This document shows positions 13,060 to 25,300 of a stretch of 64,000 nt of DNA, one piece after another (the first letter of the stretch is position 1; each line of letters opens with the position of its first letter). The position numbers and the translations under genes were made by a program. A model generated the notes under the pieces. It worked only from the letters and a program-made list of their open reading frames with translations. It was not told where the DNA came from and ran no database searches. The DNA is from Cenococcum geophilum (lineage: Eukaryota). The DNA is taken from positions 3,038,001 through 3,102,000 of the forward strand of contig CP158636.1 in assembly GCA_050273025.1 (NCBI GenBank). Reading direction: 5' to 3'.

Positions 13060-16000
13060 CTATATATATATATATATATATATAAAACTATACTACTATT
13101 TAGAGCTAGGTAAAACCTTTCCTTCTACTATTATATAGCCTATATAGCCTCTCTTCTAATTAGTAACTATTAAGTATAAGTAGTTATCTCCTTAAGGCGC
13201 TATAGAAAAGCTATCTTAATATATACTCCTAAGTCCGTCTAATAGGGTATATAGCTATAGCCTAGGTTCCGTTCCTAGCTACTTTAGTTATTTAAATAGG
13301 GTATAGGCTAGCGGCCCGCAAGGCTAGTTATATAGAAGATTAGTAGTAAAGAGGTAGGTATAGAATAGATAGAATTATAGGGATTTAATATATACTACGT
13401 ATACTACCGTCTATTTTATTATCTATAGCTTTATCTATATATAACGGCGCTAAGGCGCGTTACCTACTAACTTCTACTAAATTTTACTATATCCTATAAA
13501 TACTATAGGCCTAATAGAGCTACTACTTTTCCTTTTTACTCTTTTACTTTCTAGAATTAAGCTTCTCTATAGCCCCCCTCTCTTAAAGTACTTTTTAACC
13601 TCCTCTTTTTACCCTAGCTAGCTCCCTAGCTAGTAAGAGGTATAGTAGGAGGTTTATCTATATAAACTAGTCCGCTACTACCTTAATAGCCTTTAGCTTA
13701 GCTAGGAGCTCTCTATATAAGAATATTCTAGTATAGTAATATATTTTTATCTAGCTAGCAATATACCAAAGGTAGAATACTGCTATATATATTATTAATT
13801 GTTAGTTATAGCTATATAGGTAGGCTAGAGTTAGGTATTCTAGTACTTTTATATAGTAGAGGTATCTATTAAGCCCTATATACTTAGTTCTAAGTAGTAT
13901 ATTAATTATACTCTTTACCTTTATAAGCCTTATATAGTAAGTAAGTATACTTTAGTACTTTTTATATTTCCTTTTCTACTACTTCTTAAATGCCTTTTAT
14001 ACCCTAGCCCTTCTACTCTTTATATACTATACTTTAGATAGGTTTACTAACTATATATCTATTTCTAAGATAGTAGCCACTATCCTCTTAAGCTTATCTT
14101 ATTTAATAGGCTATATTAGTAGCTTTATTCTAGGTTAGAGCTAGTAGGCTATTATAGCTTATATAGTATTATACTCTCTTTTAATATACTCTCTTACTAG
14201 CTCCTCCTATATTCTCTTTATATAGGCTATAGCTAGCTTTTTAAGTATATTTAGAGTGGTAAAAACCCTATCTTATACTTATGCACTACTATTAATATTA
14301 ATTTATACGCCCCTATAATAGTATAGAGGTATAGGTTCTACGCTACGTTTAGCTAGTATAGCTTAGTTTTACTTATCTCCTTAGGCTTTATCTACTCTAG
14401 TAGTAAATACTAGGTACTATATCCGTGTAATATTACTAGCTATACTATAGTAGAGTATACTATCCGCGCCTTTTAAAAGGAGGCGCTCTATATAAAGGCT
14501 ATAAGCTAGGTTAGTACGGCTGTTTAGGTAATTATATTTACCTTAATAATATTAATATATAGTCCCTATTTAAGCTTTAAGTTAATATATACCCCTAGTA
14601 CGCATAGGTTACTAACTAGTCCTTCTATAAAGCCATATATATTAACTATAGCCTTTATATTAAACTTCTTATGGCTTCTTATAAAGTAGATAAGGTAGTA
14701 CTTTTTAAGGGTAAATACTACCCTATACTAGTGTGTTTATATTATATATACTTTATATACTATTTCTAGGGCTCTATAGTTCTTCTCTATAGTTTTACTA
14801 TATATTAGTATATTAAAGTTATTAATAAACCTAAACGCTATAGTAGTGCCCCCTTATAGCTCTAGTAGAAGCGTATAAGTAAAGAAGAGGAATAGGATTA
14901 GTAATAGCGCTAAGCCTTAGAGTATACTAGTATTTATCTATATTATTTATACTATATATCCTCTAATTAAGAGCGTTATTATTTAATCCTTAAGAAAGGA
15001 CTTTATAAACTATACTATCTAGTAAGGTATATAGCCTAGGCCTTTATATTATAGATTATTCTTTTATAAAAGACTTAGTTAAAGGCCCTAGAAATATTAA
15101 AGCTAAGTAATAAGGCTATTAGGCTTAAATTACTCCTCTATACTATATATACCTATTAGGTTAGTAGCTCTAGCGCTATTTATATTAAGCGCCCTAGCCT
15201 TACTACTATTTAACTAGCTAGTAGTATACCTATTTCTTTTATAATTCTAAATATCTAGCTGGCCCCTATTCTCTTAAGTAGTTTCCTAATAGTATTAAGT
15301 AGCGTAGTTAGCTAGTAGGCCTTTACTATAGTAAAGAACGGCTTTTATAGTTTTTAGAGAACTATTATAATAGAGTTTTTAAACGGCTTTAGGTAATATC
15401 TAATTACTATATAGCTACTAAAGAGCTTAGCTAGTACTAGGGCTAGCTACTCTCTATATATCTTAAGGAATTAATTAGTAACCTTCTTTAGGCCTAGGGC
15501 CTTATTAGGGGTAAGCCCCCTTAAGGCTATAATAATATCCTTTTCCTTAACTACTTTATTTACTATTTATAGCTCTAGGTATATAAAACCTAGTATATTA
15601 CTAAGGTTCACCTCTATAAGTAGTAGAAAGAACTACTCTATAAAGATGGTAGCTATTTTTTTTATTATAGTATAGGGTCTTCTCTCCTAGTCTACTAATA
15701 AAAGGGAACTATAGTAGGGCCTTTAGCTTCCTATCCGCTATATACGCCTATTTTACTATTCTTTATACTCCTTTAGGGTCTTTTATTAACTTCTTAATAG
15801 TATACCTCTATAGTTTATTAGCCTCTTACTACATTACCATTTTCTTCTTATTATATATAACTCTATAGTTAATCTAGTTAAGTATTAACTAAGAGGCCTT
15901 CTACGTCTAGAAGACTTATTAGGTTTTCTTTATCTTCTCTATATATTCCTTTAACTACACTTTAACGGCTTATAGTAAGGGCTATACGCTAGGTACTATC

Positions 16001-18430
16001 TTTACTATAGTATTCTTAATTACCTAGTATATAGCCTCTACTAACGCGTCTAGTTCGTCTTTTATATTATATAGAAAACTATATAAAGATTAGAGCTAGC
16101 TCTTTAGCTTACTCTATACTACCTTCTAATTAGCCTTCTTCTATAGCAGTTTCCTAGGTAGTAAAGGCCCCTTTAGCGCCTCTATATCTACTTCTATAGT
16201 AATAAAAAAGTAGTTATACTCTCTATACTAATAGTTCTACCTTTAACTTTATAGTAGTTTATTAGTAATCTAAGGGGAAATATATACTAGATTTAGCGTA
16301 CTCTTTAATATACCCTTTACCTATATCTTTATATCTACCTTAGTAGCTAGGCTTAGGCTAGCTGCCGCTATAGTATAGATAAGGTTATCCGCTATATTAT
16401 TGACGCTTATTACTACTATACCCTATTAAAAGGGGTAGTATAGATTAAAATCTCCTAATAGTATATATTCTTCTTTAACTCTTAGTAGTTCTAGTAGTAT
16501 ATAAAGGCTACTATTTATCTATTAGGGGTTATAAATATTATAAATTTAAATAGTCCGCTTATGGCCCTCTAGCTTAATTATATATATATTTATTAAGTAG
16601 TATATAGAAGCCTACTTATTTATATAGAAATAGACTCTTATATTACTAACTCCCATATATACTAGATAGTAAGACTTTATAATATATATTATATTTCCTT
16701 AATCCTTCTACTATAGCTCTTAGATAGCTAGTATATCTAGCTAGGGGTTTACCTACTCTACCTCCTATGGGAGGTAGAGTAGTACGCTATTACTAGTATT
16801 ACTAATATTATACTATATAATTATAAGTAGTTTTTAGTATCCTAATATAAGAGATTTATACTACCCTCTAAGTTAGCTAAGTTAGTACCCTTTAGCGTTT
16901 GTTTACTCCCTTATAATATAGTTTTAAAGCCTTTAAATACCTCTTTTTAAATCTAGGCTTCTACTTCTACTTTTATATTAAGCTTTATATTTAATAGAGG
17001 CTCCTAAGTTACTAGGACCCAAATTGGAGGGGGTTTTTTTATAGCCTTTTTCCTTCTTAATAATCTATAGCCGGCTAACCTATTAGGGGACCTTCTCTAC
17101 CTATATAGTACTCTCCTATATAGCTATCTCCTTTAGCTTTCTTTTCTTAGTTTATTATAGGGCCTCTTTAGTAGTAATCTTATACTATAGTTATAACTAC
17201 TATCCGCTTATATGCGCCTTATAGATACTAGCGTAGTATATTAGCGTAAAGGCTCTAATTACTATAGCCTTCTCTTACTATATTTGCTTAACGCTATACG
17301 CCCTACTTTATACTTTATAGTCTATCTTATAGTCAATATACTTCTTAGTTAGGTCTCCTATACACTCGCTAGTATTATATTACCTAGCGTAGTATCTATA
17401 TCTAGCCTCTCTTCTATAGCTCTTAGCTATATAGTTAAAGCCCTAGTATTTAAAGTACTACATTACTAGAAATGTCGTCTTATACCTTATAACTAGGTAG
17501 TAGCCTCCTTCTAGGAAGAGGCCCTAATTAAATAGTATATTTACTATCTCTTCTAACTATACGCCTATAATAAGCGACAATTTAATCTTTTTTCCCGTCT
17601 AGACTCTTTCTAGCCCTTTCTACGCTAGCCTTTCTACTATAAGCCCCGCTATAGTATATTCTACTTTATAATATCCTTTATTATCTACTTTACCCCTAGG
17701 CCCTAAATAGTTAGGCTTATAGGTACCGCGTAGACCTTTATTAGTACTAGCGGTATAGCTAGTATAGTAGAGCGCCCTAGGACCTTTATCTACCCTATTT
17801 CTTATAGTAACCTATCTTTTATATCTTTATCCATAACGTATACCCTAATATTACTACTCTATAACTTCTTTATAGCCCTATATTTTATAGGTATCTAGGG
17901 GTCCTATAGCTTAAAGCTTATATACTAAGGCTTAGCTATTCTACTTTAAGGTTTCCTTTTAGTTAGCAGCGTCGCCTATATGGATTATAATCTTATATAC
18001 TTCTATAGGTTTATAGGTAACTTATCTTATAGCTTAGGGTATTATAAGAATAGTAGTAGTAATATATATATATAAAGCGGACCTATAAATACCGGTTCAC
18101 TTTTTATAGCTATTATTACGGCCCTTTAGAGGCGCTAATAGTATATTATTTCTAGGTTCCTTAAGCCTAGATAAGCTCTGCTAATATAATAAAGGCTACT
18201 TAAAGGGTTATAATTATGGTTGTAAGGAAGGAGAATATAGTAGTATACTCTTTATCTATATTAAGAGATTATTTCTATAGTATCTACTAGGTTTATTTTA
18301 TAGCTTATATAGTTTATAGAACGCGTTCTTAAAGGGCGCGCTATTTAATTAAGGTTATTAAGGTTAGGGGCTTATTTATTTATTATAATCTAGCTTTAGG
18401 GGCTATATACTAGAAAATACTATATATACC
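13060..18430 (-). mobile_element. RIP-degenerate, near full-length Tad1-like LINE (ORF1, endonuclease, RT, downstream domain)
   Basis: Minus strand: LLGDFNLYYPF (APE endonuclease, ~16450); SIL*GLALLLILFLFF (GIPQGS.LSPILF, ~14900); AFRFINNFNI (FVDD RT motif, ~14825); VFTLKKYYLIYF (FAPEK..LIHF); (TA)n tail at 13061-13084. No TSD seen; ends approximate. Confidence 0.88.
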
Positions 18431-19639
18431 TCTACTAATACTAAATTAGGGTATATATTATTAATAGAAAGGGTTTCTATAGTTCTTTAAAGCTTATATA
18501 AACTCTATTAGGGTTATTTTAAAGGTTTCTTTATTAGGCAATTATATCGTAAGTTTATTACTATTAGGGTAATAGTAAAAAAAACTAAGTAGTATACTAG
18601 AGTTAGTAGTTATAAATAATTATATTATTAAGAAAATAAATAAAAAGTTTATATAGTAGCTTTAAAAGTAGTAAAAGAACTCTTTTACTATAGCTATATA
18701 GGCTATAGCTTATACTATTACTTTATAAGATACTATAAGGGCCTTAGAAATAATTCTTAATAGGTTATTATATAGTCTATATAAGTAGAGGATAAAAAAG
18801 AGCTAAATAGATTAAGTTGTAATATAATACTAAATAAAGATATTTTAAGGTTAATTAATAAGTAATTAGCTTCTAAAATGCTATAAAACATTAATATAAA
18901 GCCTTTTTTTTTATCTAAAAATAAAGTTTTATACTATTCTAATACTATATAATACTATATAATAATACTTTACCTATAATTAGGTATTTAGTAGAATTTT
19001 AATATTCTAAAATATTATAACCCTATTGCTTGTATTTAATTACTATAGCTTTATATAAATAAAAGTTATTTAAAGAAATTTAAGACTTTTTATTAAGTAA
19101 TTCTCTGAATTTTAAGAGACTACTTAGGCACTATAATCCTATATAAGTGCCATAAACTAGAGAGGTTTATTAGAATATCTAAGGAAATAAAAGAGGGTAT
19201 TAAAATTCTTGATAACCTCTAACGCTAAAGAAAGAAACTCTATTTTGCAGATTATATAGGAAAATCCTCTAGAAATCTCGGAAAATTTAAAATATTCTCC
19301 TTAGAATAAACTAAGGTAATATATAATTAACCAAAAAGACAAAAAAACCCTATATTCTCGGTATAACTAAGAATATTAAGCTACTAATCGGAATTAGAAT
19401 CTTCTGGAAATTTATAAAAAGCTAGTAAGATTTATTAGTAAATTCTAAGAAAAATAAGCCATTTTACGTACCCAGTTAAAGACCACCCTTAGACTTAATT
19501 TTTAAAACCTTCTTTAAGGCAGCAACGTGCGCACCGTTAATATTAAGCATCTTATTAGAAAATCCAAGAAGTTAATTAATTTTACTTAGAAAATAAAAAA
19601 TATTGGAAAAAACGAGAATTAAATACCTTATTAACTAAA

Positions 19640-20285
19640 AAAACACTAAAAAAAATCTTAAAAAAGGAAAGAAGGTAAGATCTATGTCTACTGAAGGCCT
19701 TAGGCATTCTCTTATTTTTGTTAAAATCAGAATTTCCCTAAAAAAAGTTGGTTTTATTAAAATATATAAGAAATAAACTAGATTTCTTACCTTTTAAAGC
19801 CCTTTCTTTGCATACTAGAGCTCCAGAATAGATTCCTAGGTAAAGTAAGAAATTATATTACTATTATCGGAATTTTTAACAATATACTTCGTAGTTACAG
19901 CCGCAAGGAAGTGTATTACGTTCCTTAGTACTATTAATCGCCTTTTTAGGCATACGCTAAAAAATATTAAATTAGTTATTTTTTGTCTAAAAAATAGCGA
20001 AAAACTTACTGCATTCTGGACGCGATAGGTGTAGCATCTAGGATCTGCGTTCTTGTGTCCCTAGAAACCAGCCCTAAAATATTAAAAAAACTAAGAAAAA
20101 ATGCAATCTTTCTTACCTTAACTTCTCCTTAAGGTCTTTGTCTTATTGCTCCTAGATAAAATTAGTATATTCTTAGAGCCACTAAGAAAAAAATATACCT
20201 TTAAGGGCTTTCCTAATAACCATCTTTTCTTATATACAGCCTTATTAGCAGCAGTAATTATAGCAGCACTAGTAGATCTAATACC
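19640..20285 (-). pseudogene. RIP-inactivated multi-exon gene of unrecognised family
   Basis: Four short GT-AG introns (20152-20198, 20074-20116, 19957-20009, 19738-19790) with GTA(A/T) donors and T-rich acceptors. The spliced frame is continuous and the stops are explicable as RIP products. True gene ends not determined. Confidence 0.65.
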
Positions 20286-20460
20286 CAAAATTTAAAATAA
20301 TTATCGGAAAAAACAAGAAAAAACAAGAAAAAATAAAAAATAAAGAGAAAAAATATTAGTAAATAAAGTAATAGGCTGTATATTAAATAATTCTTCCTAG
20401 TAAGAAAGGAAGCCTAAGATGTCGGAAAATCCGATAATTAAGTAATTAATAGGGTAGAAA

Positions 20461-20670
20461 ACCGAGAAATAAATTTCCTAAAAAGTTTTAAAAATTGAAA
20501 ATATTAATTTAAAGCCAATATATTAAAATAACCAAGAAATTAGTAAGCGGTATAATATGAAACTGAGAAGCAAATTTCCCGAAAATTTTTGAAAATTTAA
20601 ATCGTTAATTTAAAGCTAATATGTTAAAATAATTAAAAAACTGGTGAGCGGTATAATATAAAACTGAGAA
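20461..20670. repeat. 101-bp tandem duplication (about 2 copies)
   Basis: GAGAA recurs at 20464, 20565 and 20666 with conserved AAATTTCC, TTAATTTAAAGC and GCGGTATAATAT blocks. Confidence 0.85.
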
Positions 20671-21026
20671 AAGAAAAAATAGATCTCCATTAATTTAAAA
20701 ATATAGTTCTAGAGGCCTTTTTTTTCTAAAAATATATAAAAATTACATGATTTGAAAAATTACTTACTTAGGAGGCATATTGGATACTCTATAAGAGCTA
20801 TTGGATTGAAAATCTAGTATATAAGTTAGTCTATAACGTATATAGCTAATATAAAGCTCTAGCTTACTAGATATTCGCTTATTGATTAAGCGATGGGGTG
20901 TTAAAGGTTGACGGGTCAATTGAGAGTGAAGATATCTTGGGCGCCAAGACCTCGCGTATACTAGGCCGTTTCGGGTCTGGCGCCCCGACCGTCCGCGCCT
21001 GGACGGTTACTATCCGAGAAGAAGTA

Positions 21027-22313
21027 CAATCAGGTGGGATAAGTGTTCGTCACATTCGCTTATAATCCTTGCTATATTTTACCCCACTATCCCATAATAA
21101 AAAATTCTTTATTATTATCCTACCAAACTTTTAACTATGGGAGTCGCACTAAAGAAGCCCCGTAAGGAGCTTACTAAAGCTTAGAAATCCAGAATCTAGA
21201 CTCTATACGAGGAAGGATACAATCCAACTAAGATTTAGCGCAAAACTAAGATACCCCATACTACCTGCTCCTCATTTATCACCCGTCAATCAATTAGCCC
21301 CAACCTTAGCTTTAAAAATAAGCCAAGAAGCGGTCGTCCTAAGAAAATCACCGAACGGGGGGCTAGGGCTCTTGTAAGAACCGTATGTCAAGATACAAGG
21401 ATGACCTTAAAAGCCCTAGCTACACCTTCTAAATCCGGCAAGCAACTCTACTACCACACGGTCGCAATTATCCTTAAATCCTTTAGAAAAGCAAAGCGTC
21501 GACCACACAAGAAGCCCTTCTTAACTCCCTTACATAAGAAGAAGCGGAGGATCCACTGCCGGGCTAAGAAAGCTATAAAACGGAATAATAGGAGGGTCTG
21601 TTGGAGTAATGAGGTTACCTTTAAGGTGGGAAAGGATTTGCAGACCTTTTGGGTTACTAGAGCCCCTAGTAGGGAAGAGGAGTACGCAGATAAGAACCTA
21701 AGACCTACCTTTAAAAGTGGACGGACTACTGTAGGTGTATGGAGTTGTTTTTGTAGAGATAAAATGGGGCCGCTTTATATGCTTCTAGAGGGGGAGAATA
21801 TGACAGCTAAACGGTACAAGTAGGTACTCCAAAGGTTGTTCATTCCGTTTTATAAAAGGATAAAAAGGAAATATAGAGATGAGGTAATAATGCAAGAGGA
21901 TAATGCTCCGTGGCATACTGCCAAAATAATTACCAAATATTTGGCTAATAAGAAGGTTAAGAGGATAAATTGGCCTCCGCAATTACCTGATCTCAATCCT
22001 ATTAAGAACCTCTGGAAATATATCAAGGATATAATCTCTAAGCGGAGGCATAAGGTAAAAAACGCAACGGATATGAGACAGGCCTTAAGAGAAGTGTGGC
22101 CTCAGATTGACGGAAACTTCCTCTTAAAATTGTGTGATTCTGTACCGCGTAGATGGGAGGCGTACTTAAAAAATAAGGGGGGGGCAACTAAGTACTAAAT
22201 AGCTTCATTTTGAGCCTATTCAGGCTAGTTAGTGTTGAGAATTAGTAGAGTTATTAGTATTAGGAGTTATATAGGTTAAATATAACGTGACGAACACTTA
22301 TCCCACCTGATTG
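21027..22313 (+). mobile_element. Tc1-family DNA transposon, 1287 bp
   Basis: Perfect 27-bp TIR CAATCAGGTGGGATAAGTGTTCGTCAC; TA duplications at 21025-21026 and 22314-22315. Confidence 0.96.
21137..22198 (+). pseudogene. Tc1 DD34E transposase pseudogene (~353 codons, RIP stops)
   Basis: Single frame from ATG 21137. Motifs RSGRPKKIT, WSNE (D->N), QEDNAPWH and PDLNPIKNLW (E->K), with 34 residues between the second D and the E position; in-frame TAG/TAA stops. Confidence 0.93.
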
Positions 22314-22315
22314 TA

Positions 22316-25300
22316 CTTATTCTTATTATCTACTTTAACTAGTAGGGGAGGGTCTTATATCTATTTAGGCAGGGCGTCTAATATAGGAGTAGTAGGGTAG
22401 AGGACTGACGTATAGAATATAGGGTGGATTTTAACTATATTAGGGAGCTTTAGTTAGTAGGCGTAAGAGGAAACAATCTTCTTAATCTCGTAAGGGCTAG
22501 CGTTCTTTTAATTAAGTTTCTTAGTAGGTTGTTTTGTGTTTAGGTTTTTTATATCTAGCTAGATAAAGTTACTAATCTAGTAGGCTAGTGCTAGGGTTCG
22601 TTTATTATTCGCTGCGGCTTTATAAACAGATTGGGCCTATATTATTTTATTAGTAAGGAACCGTTATAGTTCCTCTATCTTCTCTATAAATTTATTTACT
22701 TTTATAACTTATAAGGCGTGATAAGCGGGGCGAGGAACATTGCTAAAAGGTTTAAAACCTATTTATAGGTGCTGGCCGTAATTAGCTAGGAATAGGGAGA
22801 CCTTTATAGTTTCCAAGATAAAATTATTTATAGTAAACTCGGCGAATATAAGCTAGTTAATCTAGTTATCTTATAGATATAACGTATATATCCGAATATA
22901 CTATTCCATTATAGCGTTTATACGTTCTGTTTAACTGTCTGTTTCTAGGTAATATATAGTAGACAGTAGTGCTTTAATGCGGAGTTAGGTAGTTAGTTTT
23001 TTCCAAAATATAGAGATAAACTAGCTGCCTTTATCGGAGATAATCATTTTGGGAAGTCTGTAGAGTTTCCATACGTAATCTAGGAATAGTTAGGCGACAG
23101 TAGGCATTAATATATTGGGGCAGGCGATTAAGTGCCTTATCTTAGATAGTCGGTCTATAACTACTATAATGTTTATACAGCCTTTACTTATGGGGAGGTT
23201 AACGATAAAGTTAATTAAGATATCCTTCTATCTTCGGTCTGGAACAGGCAGTAGTTTTAGGAGGCCGTTATACGTCTTATGCAAAGCTTTAGCTCGTCGG
23301 CGGATATAGCAGCTAGAGACGTACCTTCGTGTTATATTGTGTATATTTGGCTAATAGTATTCTTATTAGAGCAGTTCCAGGGTTTTTCCTCAGCCTGGGT
23401 GGCTGGCTACTAATAAATTGTGTATATATTTAAGGAGCTTAAGCTTAAGTTCATTATAGTTAGGTATAACTAAGCAGTTCTGGTAATATAAGCGGTTTCT
23501 ACGGGCTTCGCATTTACTTAAAGAAATCTTTTTAGAGCGTCTAATGCTATTGTGTATTAGCTTAAGCGTCTCTTAGATAAACTTATTATTTAGGTATTTA
23601 TTAGCTATAATTTATTTAATTAATCGATTAGTTATTTTAAGGACGTATACCGTAAGGTCTTTAGTAGGAGGGTTAAATAGTTTAGGGCGAAGTAGGGTCT
23701 GATTTTGGTAAAAGCGCGCTTCTTTTAGGGCTGGCGCGTCTTGCGAGCGTTGGGTTAGGGCGTTAGGCTTCTAACCTTATACGCCCGGGCGGTACGTAAT
23801 TAAAAATTGGAAATAAGATAGATATTCTAACCAGCGGGCCTAACAATAACTTAGCTATTTCATGGTTGTAAAGTACTGTAGGTTTTTATAGTTATTAAGG
23901 ACCTTAATTAGAAATCTAACGCCTTCTAGTTTGGGTTACTATTATTTAAAATATCTAATAATAGCTAATAATTCCTTATTGTAGATTTCGTAGTTACATT
24001 TAGCTAGGCTTAGTTATTTTAAGAAGTAAGCTATAGGGTGTAATACTTTATCCTTATTATATTAAGACAGGATACCTCTAGTGACGTAGTTAGATAAGTC
24101 GGCTTCTATAATACTTATTTAGTTTAGGTTAAAGTATTAGAGCATAGGCGTAGTAGTAAATATAACCTTTAGATAGGTAAAGGCCTTCTTACATTCCTTA
24201 TTAAAGATAAAGACTTTATCCTTTTAGGTTAAAGCTATAAGGGGTAAAACTAGGGTGGAGAAGTTATTAATAAACCGTTAGTAGAAATTAGCAAATCCTA
24301 TAAAGGCTCTTACATCCTTAACGTTTTTAGGTTCTTGCTAATTTATAATTGCTTTAACTTTCTTTAGGTCTATTTATATACCGTTTATAAAAATAAGGAG
24401 TCTAAGGTATAGAACTTCCGTTTTATAGAACTTATATTTATCTATATTTAATTATAGACTAGCTCCGTATAGGGCTTATAGGATAAGGTTAACGTACTTC
24501 CGATATTTGGTCAGGTTATTACTATATATTAGGATATTGTTAATATAAGCAGTGCAGAAGACATCTAGGTAGGGACGTAAGGTGTTATTTATATAATGTT
24601 AAAACAAGCTTGGAGCGTTTATAAGGCCGAAGGGAATTACTAAGTACTTAAATAGTCTATATTGGGTACGAAATGCAGTAAGCTATTTATCTCCCTTTGT
24701 AATGCGGAGACGGTTAAATATAGAGATAATATCGAGTTTCGTGTAGTAATGAGCCTTACTTAGTTAGTTCAGCGTCTCTTATATTAACGGGATTAGATAT
24801 TAGTTCTTAACGGTAACAGCGTTAAGAGCTTAGTAGTCTATATAGAAGCGCAGACCGCCGCTAGGTTTCTTAACGAAGATTACTAGTACAGCTATAGGCG
24901 ACAAGCTTACTCTAATAAATCCTTTGCTTAAGTTCTCGTCTAAATACTTTTATAGCACTTAGAGTTTGTTTTAGGACATCCTATATAAGGGTCCAAATCT
25001 AGGCTGCTTTCCTTCTTTAAGTATAATCTTATAGTCGTATAGTCGGTATTCCGGTAGCTTATTAGCTTCCTTTTATAAGAATGCATCTAGGCGGTAATAA
25101 TACTCTACTAGTACCTTCGTGGCAGGGTTAATATGCTTCTTTAGTGCTAAGGCCTTTTTAATATTAGCTATTGTAATAGCGAAGATTATATATTTAGGTT
25201 TCTTAGTAAGTTATACTAGCGGGGCAGCTCTAATTATGCGGATATTTAGGGTGCTAAGCTTGCTTAGATTGTCTATAGTTTCTTATTTAGGTTTAGGTTT

